DNA from: Gnetum montanum
Taxonomy: Eukaryota > Plantae > Gnetophyta
Direction: 5' to 3'
NCBI GenBank assembly: GCA_015680685.1
Contig: MNCI01003297.1
Span: forward strand, 432,728-496,727
Length of the DNA stretch: 64,000 bases
The translations under genes and the position numbers were made by a program. Positions 40,721-52,523 of this stretch are shown one piece after another; the first letter of the stretch is position 1; the number at the start of each line of letters is the position of its first letter. A model generated the notes under the pieces. That model did no database searches. It was not told the DNA's origin and saw only the letters and a program-made list of their open reading frames with translations.

Positions 40721-40884
40721 TCCATGAATTTGAATTTGAGTATAACACCTAAAGTAGTTTAGATTTACAACTATTAACCCATGAATTTGAATTAGAGTAT
40801 AATACCTAAAGCAGTTTAGACTTGCAACTATTAACCCATGAATCTGAATTAGAGTATAACACCTAAAGTAGTTTAGACTTACAA
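40721..40884. repeat. Minisatellite, ~3 x 57 bp
   Basis: Unit ccatgaatttgaattagagtataacacctaaagtagtttagacttacaactattaac. Confidence 0.9.
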
Positions 40885-40896
40885 CATTTGGTTGTC

Positions 40897-41115
40897 CATC
40901 TATTGGAAGTGTCTCTACCATGCCTTAACACTCATGCATGGTGATGATGATACCATGCATCATGCATGTACCATGGTCCATTGTGAAGGATTGGTTGAAT
41001 GAAAAAGCACATCTGCTAGAAGTGTCTCCACTATGCCTTAACACTTACACATGGTGATGATGGTATCATGCACCATGCATACATTAGAGTCCATTGTGAA
41101 GGCTTGGCTATATGA
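40897..41115. repeat. Tandem duplication, 2 x ~114 bp, with an internal palindrome
   Basis: catct..gaagtgtctc..atgccttaacact..catggtgatgatg.ta.catgca.catgcat..gtccattgtgaagg occurs twice. Confidence 0.85.
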
Positions 41116-42134
41116 AGACTTGAACCTTCAACCTTTCATTTGGTAATGGGAGCACATACCACTATTCTATTTATCTGGACAAGATTAAAATCATTTTCTA
41201 TTTCAGAAAACCCATTTAAAAAATATTTATGAGTTTGGAGGAATTATTCTTGAATTTAATTTTTTATAGAAGGAAAATATTCTCTCAACCAAATTTTATA
41301 TACTTGTAACAATTCCAATATTCATGACAACACAAAGTAGCAAAGTAAGAATGGGATCATACCATCACCTAGTTGAAACTTGAAGATGAAATAATAAACA
41401 TCATAAAGATAGAATATGCTAATTGTGCAAGTAGTTAGAAGATGAGGAATATGCATTATAAGAATGTTGTAAAACAATTTTCTTCAAAGAAAATGATAAA
41501 TATTTAGTTAGCCTTTGTATGAACTATTTAAGTTACTAATGCTAGTTCTAGGGAATTATTCACCAAGATAACGAGGTAATATATTGAGAAATTCTTCCAT
41601 CCACATCCAATTAATTAAGCATGTTGACATGAAATATTTTCTCCCTCAACTTGCAAAAGTTTATGACTTTCATTTTCCAACTCACATTATTAAATTTGTT
41701 ATAGTTTCTCTTGCTTAGCCATGATGTTTTCTTTACTACGTGAGGCTCTATGGAATGCATAATCAATCTTGTTTGCATAAATTGAAAGTTAAAATGGATA
41801 AAATTCTGGTAAATTTCATGACCATGGTCATGTTGCTATTAATGAAGTGGTTCTGCTATGCATGCATAGAATCATCTTAACACACTATTCTAGAGAGGAT
41901 TGTCTCATGTAATCTACATGTAGACTATGCATGGTGTGACCAAATTTTTAGTTTGTAAGACTAGCATTTCGCCCATCACTTTGTGATTAGTGTTGATGAA
42001 AACTAAGCATCGTGTTATGAATTAACATTTTTTTAAATGCATAGTGTAGTCTACATGTGGAATGTTCAAATACATTGTGGGTATAGCCTAACCAACATGT
42101 GGCATGCATAGGTGAATTTTATTTCAACATATAA

Positions 42135-43520
42135 GTGCCTCATCTGCATCCTCGCGATCATCCAAAGACTTTGAAAGAAGGGGATGAATGTGTAAGAACC
42201 ACGACAAGGAAGAAAGGAGAGCTCATGGTTTCCATGACCATTATTCAGGGCATTTGGTATTCGAAGATGAAGAATATGAGCAACACAAATGTAGGAATCA
42301 CAAACATCATAAAAGGGATGAGCACAAATGGGGCTATTACTACAACATAGTGCACAAACTCGATCAAGATAATGAATCTCCTATGACAACTCGCAGTATG
42401 ATCCACATCTATGAAGTTGTTCACATCCCAACCAGACACTTGAGGAATAGTTGAATCAAATAGCTTGATATGAATAACATGCTAATATTTGAAGGTGGCT
42501 ATAATGCTGATTCATAACATCACCTTCAAGCTTTTCACTATGCTTATGTCCTACAAAAAATCAAAAGGAATTGGCACAAGTTAAAGCTGTTTCCCAGAAC
42601 ACTTGTGAAGGAGGCCAAGAGTTGGTATAGGTTACTATAACTTAAATCAATCAAAGGCTGGAGTACCATGCTTGAACTTTTCAATGATAAATATCAAACT
42701 TGTTCACGAGTGTCCAACTTAGAAAACAAATCCAAGGATAGAAACAAGGAACTCAAGAGACCCTTGATGTAGCAATGGACAAATATTATTCACTATTGTA
42801 TAAATTCCTATGCCATGGATTTTCACCAAGGGAACAACTCAAGCACATTGTAGATGGGTTGTGAATCAAAACTAAAGAGACTCTTGGGGTTTATGCCTAA
42901 GGTAGATTATCATAAATGACTACTCATTACATACAAAGATTAATTGATCAATTAGTAAAGGAGGAAGAAGAACTCAGTAAAAGAGAGTTAGCTAAGGAAT
43001 ATAATAGAGATCCATTAATTAGGAAGAAATATGTGTGGATATGTGACAAGTAAGAGGATGAAACCTTGGAAGATGTTATCCAGAAAATGACTCTACCTAT
43101 TCAAAAATCAGTTAATGATATAACAACTAAGGTAGAGAAAATATGGGATTTAGTGGATAAAAAATTTGCTACAACCTTAAAGATTGTGGAAGAAAAGACT
43201 AAACAAGCACTTAAGAGGGGCAAGGAAAGGAAGAAGAAAAGAGATTATAAATAAGAAAGTTATAAACACAAAGGAAAAGTTACTACCATTGAAGGGTATC
43301 CTAACTCCAGTTCAAAGGAAGAGGAAGGATGCAACATATGCTAGTATGAACATCCTAAGGGATGTTATCCTATTATGGCCCACTTGCAAGAATCTGGGAT
43401 ATATGCACTTAATCTGAGCTTTGTCAAAAAGTAGATGCCCAGAAGACAACCCTATCCTCAAGGTAATATTAATCAAACCTTCTAGCCAACATATTACCCA
43501 AGTGGAGCCTACCCTCAATG
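42135..43520 (+). mobile_element. Athila-like gag remnant (same family as 35150-36300, opposite strand)
   Basis: FEGGYNADS*HHLQAF, KLKLFPRTLVKEAKSWY, WSTMLELFNDKYQT, EYNRDP. Confidence 0.85.
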
Positions 43521-44004
43521 ACAGGAGCCAACATAAAAAAAATAGTGAACAAAACAAAATAAATCAAACAAAGACAACACTATCCATTAAAGGATTTAAA
43601 CTCAATTGCATATACCATCATAATATGAAACATCTATCATAACAATCCTTCACATCCCCTTTCCCTCCCCTACACCATCATAATATGAAAATAAGTATAC
43701 AACAAATTCATAAACAATTGCAAAAAGAATCAAGTAGGAAAAACCCGAATTATCTACAATAAGCTATTATATTCAATAGTTGGTTGAAAAAAGAGGAATA
43801 TAACATCAACCTAAATAGTACAAAAAACCATGAAACCAACTATAGAGAAGAGGTAGATAAGCAGAGAAGGAGGATAGAAAAAATAAAGAAAAAGAAGAGA
43901 GGATTCATGACAAGGGTAGGGATAGTGCCTTACCTAACATAAATCCTTAAACATAGATTTGATTCAACAATATTTTCACATCTAAAAGAAATTTATTTTT
44001 AGAA

Positions 44005-44522
44005 TGAGGTTTTGGGCTAGATGTGTTAGAGTAGGAAGATGTCCTAGCTTTTTTAGGAGAATGGGTTCTCTTGTGTGGTTGTGTATGCTTGTTGTGGGCA
44101 TGTGTGTGTATTTGTCGAGGGGGTATTAGAACCCAAAATAATTCAAACATAGGTACACCCCAAGATTTATAGAAGTTTATAACTTAGTGCTACCTAGTAA
44201 AATTGAACTCATGACCTAGGGTTATTAGGCTAAGATATGTACCACTAGGCTAACACCCCATTGTTATGTGTGTGTATTTGTCATGTTGGTCTTGTTGCCT
44301 ATAAGATTTCATGAGGTGTAGTCACTCAACTCTTAACCCATAGACTAATGTGTGATGTTTACTTATATTGTGCATATAAGTATTGTGAACATTAAGGCAT
44401 AGTCCATCTTGGGTCTGCTCTAGGATGATTAGTTGGTTTTGGACTCAAAGGTGGGCAAAATAGTGCTTTTCCAAAGTAGTACCATAACACTTGGTATTAG
44501 AACCAAAGGTTTTGCAATTCAA
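44005..44522 (+). repeat. Left arm of the inverted repeat: LTR portion ending ...ccataaCA plus PBS TGGTATTAGAACC
   Basis: Reverse complement of ~46490-47008 along its length; tRNA-iMet-type PBS at ~44492-44504. Confidence 0.92.
44117..44265 (-). mobile_element. tRNA-derived SINE-like insert in the left arm
   Basis: 17-bp direct repeats atgtgtgtgtatttgtc at 44100-44116 and 44266-44282; A-box TAGCCTAGTGG and B-box GAGTTCAATT on the minus strand. Confidence 0.7.
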
Positions 44523-45199
44523 GGTTGGTGGTGATTTTTGGTATGTGATTTGTCATTGTGATTCATTGTTTGTGACTCATGTATCACTATGATGCATAAA
44601 AATAAGAATAAGGAGAGCTAAAATCTTAGTAATAATCCTCCCAATTCCAATCCTCACAATGGATTAGTTGAAGATAATAATCAAGGTAGATATGTGCATG
44701 ACAATGTGAACATGTTCAACAAAGTACATGAGGATGAGAACATGGAGTAAACTAGTGAAAGGAATATTGATGAATCCCCAAAAATGATGCAAAGATTATG
44801 GACTCATTTGTATTACAAGTAGATAGTGTAATCATGTGCACTGTACCTACAATAAAGCAAGCTTGTATAATCGAAGGGCTCGTTGATTCGATCGAAGCTC
44901 CTTTCCTACCAAAGTTGGGCTCTAGCATTAAAAATAAGCTTGCACTCATCCAAAACCTTCATGCTCAGAAATTAGGTGGTGCATCTTGGTGATGTTGTTG
45001 ATGATCTTCAACTTGTCATATAGGAGCTAAGATCATAGACAAAAACTCAACAAGGCTTGATTGAAAGCTAATAAAATAAGATTAAGGTCTTGAGAAGTCA
45101 GTTGACACATGAGATTTGGGGCTTGAAAAGTCAAATGATAGAAAGATTGGCAGCATAAAGAACTAATTAACTGTACAAATAAGGGCATCAGCATCAAGA

Positions 45200-46020
45200 C
45201 CAAGCTAATTATTTTTCAAGATTCAAGTAAAAGAACAAAAAAATATATGAAGATATGGATGATGCTATTAACAATGTTTTCCTTTTAAGATGGAGGAGTT
45301 TCTCAAAATGTATGAATGTGCCACCAAAAAACAATATCGCATTGTTATCCAATTCTTAGATGAAATTACAAAAAATTGGTAGTTATGCATTCTTCAAGAA
45401 GAAAAGGTTGGGATTAGTAGGTCCATTAAGACCTGGGATTAATTTAAGGATGATCTGATTGAGAACTTTCATCTAAGCACTTTCATTGACAAAGCTTGAA
45501 TGAAGCTGAAAGAGATCCAGCACATAGGAGAACTAAAGGAGCATGTTTAGGAGTATCAAAATATCATCGTACAAATCCTAAATATGGATGAGCACAACAA
45601 ATACATATTGTTCTTCAATGACCTCAAACCTTGGATTCAGCGTGAACTCAAAACTGTTAAGATCACTAGATATAGAGAGACCATCTAGGTTATTGGTGAT
45701 TTGAAAAATTTTAAGATAGGAAACAAGGATAAGGGTGAGGCAAAACAACCACTAGAGAGTAAGAAAGAGAGCAATAAGCTTGGAAAAGGTGATGGGTAAA
45801 ATAATTTAGGTGGCATTCAAATCACACATGTAGCTCCTACCTTAGGTAGTTAATCCTCTTGTCGAAGGTATGGGAAACACAAAGCTTCTCAAGAACAAAT
45901 TAAATATTGGAACAAGCAACCTTGTTTTGGAGGTTTTTCTCAAAATCCTTAAGCATCCCTAGGGATTAAATGCCACATTTGTGTTGGAAATCACTTTGCT
46001 ATGGAATGTCCCCATAGGTC
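45200..46020 (+). pseudogene. Ty3/gypsy (chromovirus-like) gag remnant with CCHC knuckle
   Basis: FKMEEFLKMY, TWD*FKDDLIENF, KLKEIQHIGELKEHV*EYQNI, FFNDLKPWIQREL, CHICVGNHFAMECP. Confidence 0.8.
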
Positions 46021-46307
46021 ATTGCATACCAATAATGAAAATGGTTGGGAGGAGACTCATGGGTTGAATGTGATTGGGCATTAGCCTCACGCTCCATTGA
46101 TGATTTCCAATAGAGATAAACAATATAGATAAATAAGAATCATAAGTTTCTTACAACAAATGAATGAGGGTTTGACCACCTTGATGCATGGTGGTACATC
46201 GACTACTCAAATAGGACATTGAGTATTAATAGGATTAGAACGTGGTGAGCCAAGTGCTATCACTTCCTTTATGAATTGAAACATGTAAAACATTAAAAAA
46301 TAAAAAT

Positions 46308-46425
46308 AAAAGGAGAGGGAATGTTTCATGGTTTTCAAAAAATGAAAGGGAATTCCCCATGGTTGTTAAAAAAGGAGGGAGTATTCCATGGTTCTTAAAA
46401 GAGGAGGAAATGCCCCATGGTTTAT
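46308..46425. repeat. Short tandem repeat, ~4 x 30 bp
   Basis: aaaa(g)gagggaat..ccatggtt.. repeated. Confidence 0.75.
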
Positions 46426-46489
46426 GGATAGAATAATGAGTATCTTTAGGAAAATACACATTTGTATTGCTACAAAGTGTATGAAATCA

Positions 46490-47008
46490 TTGAACTGTGA
46501 AACCTTTGGTTCTAATACCAAGTGTTATGGTACTTCTTTGGAAAAGCACTATTTAGCCCACCTTTGAGTCCAAAATCAACCAAGCATCCTAGAGCGGACC
46601 CAAGATGGACTATGCCTTAATGTTCACAATACTTATATGCATAATATAAGCAAACATCATACATTAGTCATGGGTTAAGAGTGGAGTGAGTACACCTCAT
46701 GAAATCATATAGGCAACAAGACCAGCGTGACAAATACACACACATAACAATGGGGTGTTAGCCTAGTAGTACATATCTTAGCCTGATAACCCTAGGTCAT
46801 GAGTTCAATTTTACTAGGTAGCACTAAGTTATAAACTTCTATAAATCTTGGGGTGTACCTATGTTTGAATTATTTTGGGGTCTAATACCCCTTGAAAAAT
46901 ACACACACATGCCCACAAGAAGCAAACACAACCACACAAGAGAACCCATTCCCCTAAAAAAAAGCTAAGACATGTTCTTGCTCTAACACATCTAGCCTAA
47001 AACCTTAC
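46490..47008 (-). repeat. Right arm of the inverted repeat (LTR plus PBS, pointing left)
   Basis: aaacctttggttctaataccaagtgttatgg... is the reverse complement of the left arm; contains the same SINE-like insert at 46746-46893. Confidence 0.92.
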
Positions 47009-47774
47009 TTTGTAGAGAAGAACATTGGCCTAAGTCAAGGAGGTGAAGCCTCTCCAACAAGTATACATATCCTCACGACAAGGTACATGATAGAATTAGG
47101 GTTCATGTAGTTTTGTAGTGAGGTTGTGATAGCATGGACACTGTAATGATCTCCACACCCCTTCAACCCTCATTCCAAAGGAAAACAACCTTTGATTCAC
47201 CAATGAAGCATGTTTTCCTACAAAATGTGTATAACTTGTAATAAGCAAGTTAGATGCCTTTATGCACAACAAGTTGTTAGGTTGTTTCTTCTTATATGAA
47301 AGTAAAATAGATTTACTAGTGTTTTTCCATAAATTGTGAAGGGCCAAATACAACTATTTATACTAAGATGAAAAAATGGATTCCAAGTTCTTCACTTGTT
47401 ATTGTATTTTTAAAACACATTTATAGTTTATTTCTCAAGTAAAGCACCTCAAAATTGGTTGATTTTGAGTTTTTTTTTTTTTTTTTGAAAAAACGTTATA
47501 TACTATTGATTTGATGATTTAATAGAATTATGCACAAGTGTTTTCCCCTCTATTTGTTTCATTATGGTTTTTGAACACCAAGCTAACATTTTATAGTCTA
47601 ATGTCACAATAGAAAGTTATGTAACTTTAAGGCAACTCACTTAGTTAAAGCATATACTTGTGGTCTCTAAGTTACTTGTTTGCCAATCTTGATAGATTAG
47701 CCCATGTTGATAAAATTAAAAACATGAAGATAATATTAAATAATTTTTTATGGGTATTGGTGTAGCATGCATTA

Positions 47775-48000
47775 CACACTAACATGCTTTATGCATTAGT
47801 TAATGCATCAAAGTGGCTACCATGCCCACTAATGCATTTTATGGGTTAGTTAATGCATGAAAGTGGCCACCATGCCCACTAATGCATTTTTATGGGTTAG
47901 TTAATGAATAAAAGTAGCCACCATACCCACTAACATATTTTTATGAGTTGGTTAATGCATCAAGGTGGTTTCCATATTTGGTAATGCATTTTTTACGTGT
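47775..48000. repeat. Minisatellite, ~4 x 50 bp
   Basis: cccactaatgcattttatgggttagttaatgcatgaaagtggccaccatg units. Confidence 0.85.
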
Positions 48001-49408
48001 TGGCATTGGGTCTCTTATGATAACTGATTCCTTGGCTTATAAAGTCATTCTTGATGGGAGAACAAAGGCACCACGAATCACAGTAGAATTGCACTTTTGG
48101 TCCCTTTCACAGACGCTTGAAGATTGCATACAGTGCTCATGTAAAAAAAGAATCACAATGCCAAAGGCACCATGAATCACAGCAAGATTGCAGTTCTGGA
48201 TGCTTGAAGATTGCATATACTATCGTTGCAAAGTGTCTGTGTGAAAGAAGAATCACAATGCCAAATTTAATCTGAGGCATCAATGGCTGGAGATCAATTC
48301 CATTTGCTCAAGAATTGTGCATTTTTAGTTATTTATGCATGTGAATTTTTTGTGCCATTTGCTTCCGCATTCTATACTTTGATTACTTGTGCCATTTAGT
48401 TTTCTACACAATTATTTTCTTACAATTTACGCTTCACTAATACAGTTTACCTACAATTTACTTTTATTATCATTATCTTTAAAAAGTACTTCATTAGCTT
48501 GCCAAATAGTCTACCAACACTTGCTATTTTTGCTAGATGGCAAGGCCAAAGCCATCCAAAAATGAACGTGTTTCATCTGTAAATGATTTGTATCCGAGCC
48601 GACGACGATTTGTAATTTTGTAAATTTAATAGTCATGCGCAGGGGGTATTCACGGTGAAACTAGAAAGCCTTAAAAACGCCAGTCAACCAAAACCAGGCA
48701 AAAAGAAAAAAGCAAAACCAGGGAGGAACAGGGGAAAGTACATTATAATGGGTCATGGCATGCGCACATTAAGTTAGAATGCGTGCATGGTTTTAATATC
48801 TCACATCAAAAATTTTGAAGGGCGCAATAGTCAAACTGTGTGAGTTATGTATGCGTGACGTAAAAATGATATAAAATAAAAAAATTAATGTTAATTGCAG
48901 ACTTTTTTTTAATCCTGCTGCTTCACGTTACTTGGCAAGATATTGGCAAGATATTTTATATTCAGCTCGTGTTTTTCGATGAACCCTCAATGAAAAATCA
49001 TGGAAACTTGCAGACCTCAGGTCAAAGAAGGATCGCTGCTAATGGTAAATATAGCTTTGATTTGTATTAAAAATTAACTCATACTGTCGAAGTGCTATTT
49101 CTATTCTATAAAAGAAAAAAAAAAAAAGAAATCTTTTAGTTTATAGCGATTGAAGTTCTTGCCAGGTTTTAAGGCTGTACAGTATTCCCATATGCGCTAT
49201 GACCAGCATTATGCAAAAATTTCGCAACAAGATATAGTTTATACTTTACATTAGCATCCGCATCGCACTCCAGTGCCATGTGCGGAGGACATGAAAAACC
49301 CGTGTGGCTCCGTTCATGGATCGAAAGCAATCGGTTATGTGAGCGACTGTATGCAAAACCAGAGATTACAACTAATTCCCGGATACACAAATTTGCAGAA
49401 GAGGAACC

Positions 49409-50209
49409 ATGGATTCGAAGCAGCTCGTGGACTCTCTGGCGGATCATATGGCTTTGTTCCACAGAGCCATGGCGAAAAACCATATCAAATCTCAATTCCG
49501 CAGCAATGTCATCCAGTGGATGAAATCGCTCACGACTCCCCAGCGCCAGGCCGCGCTTACGATCGTGGACGAAGCGTGGATTGCTCTTCTTCTGCAAATG
49601 AACAGGCGCCTGCGAAAAGACGGCGCCGGATTCTTCATCATTTTGCCGGACATGGTTGATCGATCGCAGGCTGTGAAAAATCTCGAGCTTCCGAGCGTGT
49701 GTTATCGCAAGGCACGCGGCCTGTTGGCTAGGGTCAGTGCAGCGGATGAGGCGGAAAAATCTCTGATTGACAGTGTCCGATTATTCAGCTCTGGTGAAAG
49801 CCAAAATCTGTTGGAATTTTCCGCGTTTGATGCGCTTGTTCTGACGGAAACTTTCGTAAGCGACGTGGATAAATTTGTGTCTGTGATGGACAATGTTTCT
49901 ACCGGCGAGTTTCTGAGGAGCTCAAACCCTAGCGGCTCGCAATGGGAGGAGATGCCCTGGCTCAAGGCCAGGGGCTACTACAGCCTCGCCGCATTTGTCG
50001 CGAATCGTCTGGAGATTTGTATAGGATTGTCGTGGTTGAATTCCCGCGGTAAAAAGAATGGAGCGCGTTTGGCAGCCGGGAGCTCCCGGAATTTAGCAAT
50101 GAGCGCTTTTTGGAGGAAGAAAGGGGTAATAGACTGGTGGTGTAATTTGCCTGTCGATACCAAAGCTGGTGCTCTGAAACTTGCACTAGCAAGAGCAGCA
50201 AGATTAGAG
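49409..50209 (+). CDS. MEE44: MEE44-like nucleotidyltransferase, exon 1
   Basis: MDSKQLVDSLADHMALFH N-terminus resembles the Arabidopsis MEE44 (At4g00060) family, as do GFFIILPD and WLKARGYYSLAAFVANRLE. 801 nt, phase 0, donor GAG|gtatta. Confidence 0.85.
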
Positions 50210-51796
50210 GTATTAAAAAGCGTTTTGTGGTATTTGAGTAATAGCTTCTTTTAATTTAATTTTTTTAAAATTAAAAAACCTCTGGTAATGCTATGATCGG
50301 CATTCTTTATCAACATATCAATTTGCAAAATGTAGCTGTTTTTCTTTGATTCCACCCTCACCATCTTTTTATCTCGTGTAATGATTTTCGTCACATGATG
50401 AGATTCCTTGCTAGTAAGGGCAACTATTTTTCTTCCTAAATGTGGTTGGTTAGCTGTGAACTTGATATTTGCGGCAAATTGTAAGTTGCAGCTTATTGAT
50501 AGCTTTATATGCGGTGCTTCTGTTAGCTTAAATTCTAAAACAATGATTCAAATGATTTAGGCAATTCCAACCAACTTAATGATCCCACAGCGCTGTTAGA
50601 ATTCGTTACAAAATACAATAAGCTACATTAGTGCATTTATTCTTCTCTTAGCCATATGGAACTTGGATAGGTTGATTTCATCATTAGGCACACAGTCACG
50701 TTGATGAATATAACGCTAATGAAGACCGTCCGCTTTGTTGCAAAATATCTGCCACTACATGAGTTTATACCATAATTTTATGAGTTAAAATAGTATCTGG
50801 AACATAAAATTTAGATATCTTGGTTGTGTATTGAATTCTTTTTGTCTGACACGAAGGTAAGGTTCTGTATGATATGCATGCAAATAATGTCAAATATGAT
50901 CCTGAGAAATATTTTTAAGATTGAATGTCATGAAGTTATTTAAAGTTCTCTCAAACATACACTAGTACAAGTCGCCATAAATGATGCTGTTGGATCTGTG
51001 AAGTTAAGAAATGACGGTCATTTAAAAGTGTTTTCATCCCATCCTTACTTTGGCTAATTTTGGATTATTTTTCCCCCTTTATTTCATGTAATGAACTTTG
51101 ATATAGAGGAGCTGCCTCTAGTCTTACTATCAAGTGACAGTGTCATTTCAAATTATAGAGTTGTACTTCCATTGTTTCTCTAGCTGGTGCTGTTGCTAAA
51201 TTTTATATCAGCTTCTCTGTTACATGTACTCTTCAGTCTTGGTGCATTTTTGTCAAATCTACTGCTTCTGAACATGCACACATTTGGATCTTCAAATAGG
51301 AACAGTGGGTCCTCGGTTGATGTTTGCCTTCCGTTGTCTTTTGAAGAGATGGCCTTGTTTTTTGTTATTTTACTAGAAATGTAATACCTAGCGGTATTCT
51401 ATGTTGAAAGTTATCTTATTCAATGTTGCAGAAGGTATTGCGCTGATGACCTAGTGGGTTGGTAATTTCTTTGGCTTTCATATGGAAGGCATACGCTTGA
51501 CTCCCTGCATAGGAATATTAAAAGAGTTCTTGTTCTCACTGCTCCTACTCTAAATAAATGAAAAAATTGAGTGAAAAAGATTGCAAAAGCAGATGTCCAA
51601 AGGCATAAATTAAATATGAAAATAGCAGCAATCCAATTCATGATCTCTGAAATTAATTTGATGATACACATGTCAAGCATCTTAACCTCAGAATGTAGGC
51701 TGTTTGCCATCATTTACTGAAAAATTTATATAGTGAGGAAACTTATGTTTTTAATGACAGGTTTTATCTATAACATCCTGGTTTTTGTATTTCCAG

Positions 51797-52306
51797 GCTT
51801 ATCAAAGCGGATTACAAATGGGAAGGGAAGTAGCATTTGCTGATTCTAGGTTTCCAAGAAGTTATGTTAGGAATACTTCAAAGATTTTTATTCGTGATGA
51901 TAATGATATGTGTTACTCTTATTTCAAGTATCCACGTGGACAATTTTGTAAAAACCCATTGTTTGAGGTGCTCTATAATCTTCAAGATATCTCCCCACTG
52001 ACTCTTCTAGACATTGTGCTGATTCCTGAAAGTGACAGACTTTTTTTAAGCACTTTGCATTGTGTTGATACAGTAGCAGATAAAATAATTCGAAGAGTCA
52101 GGGAGTTGATTGCAAAGGTGTCAAAAGATTCTTTAGAACTGGACTTGTTGAGAGAAGATTTGCAAGATCCGATCCACCGCCCCATTGATAAAGGTGTTCA
52201 AATACAGAAAAAAGAGAAAAGAAGGAAAGGTCGAAAGACAAAGAAAAAGAATTTAACTAACGACAAACTTACTGAGAAGGACTCTTTGAAACAAACTGCA
52301 TGCAAG
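51797..52306 (+). CDS. MEE44: MEE44-like, exon 2
   Basis: ttccag|GCT acceptor and AAG|gtattt donor; 510 nt in frame; LFLSTL..VDTVADKI..LELDLL; basic NLS-like KKEKRRKGRKTKKK. Confidence 0.85.
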
Positions 52307-52523
52307 GTATTTTTCCTTCAGTCTTCTGTTTTGCTTTCAAATGTTTTGCCATACTTTGTCTGAAGTTGTCTGTTTTACGTAGCCAATTTCTAGAAATCAA
52401 AGTTTTAGTATCAGTGGCTCTCCAAAAGGTAAAGGAATGACTCAACTAAAAGTAAAATGCTTTATTTGCATAATAGAGACTGTTTTTAAAACATATTAAC
52501 AGTATATTAAATTTTATTTGTAG

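Noticed and set aside
40721-40884. CRISPR-like appearance of the 57-bp array (also 47775-48000 and 46308-46425)
   Set aside because: Units are contiguous with no unique spacers, there are no cas genes, and the context is eukaryotic; these are minisatellites.
46751-46822. Possible tRNA-Ile(GAT) gene
   Set aside because: Stems are degenerate, it has a non-tRNA tail and a TSD, and it lies in an LTR; better explained as a SINE head.
44005-47008. DIRS (tyrosine-recombinase) element, suggested by the inverted termini
   Set aside because: The arms end in CA plus a tRNA-iMet PBS and the gag is gypsy-like; no tyrosine recombinase, RT or internal complementary region was seen.
47100-47300. Possible gypsy RT fragment on the minus strand (KTCFIGESKVVFLW..GVE)
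   Set aside because: Similarity is too short and degenerate to support without a search.
51425-51440. Possible 3-nt micro-exon (tgcag|AAG|gtattg) in intron 1
   Set aside because: Can arise by chance, and exons 1 and 2 already join in frame; needs RNA evidence.
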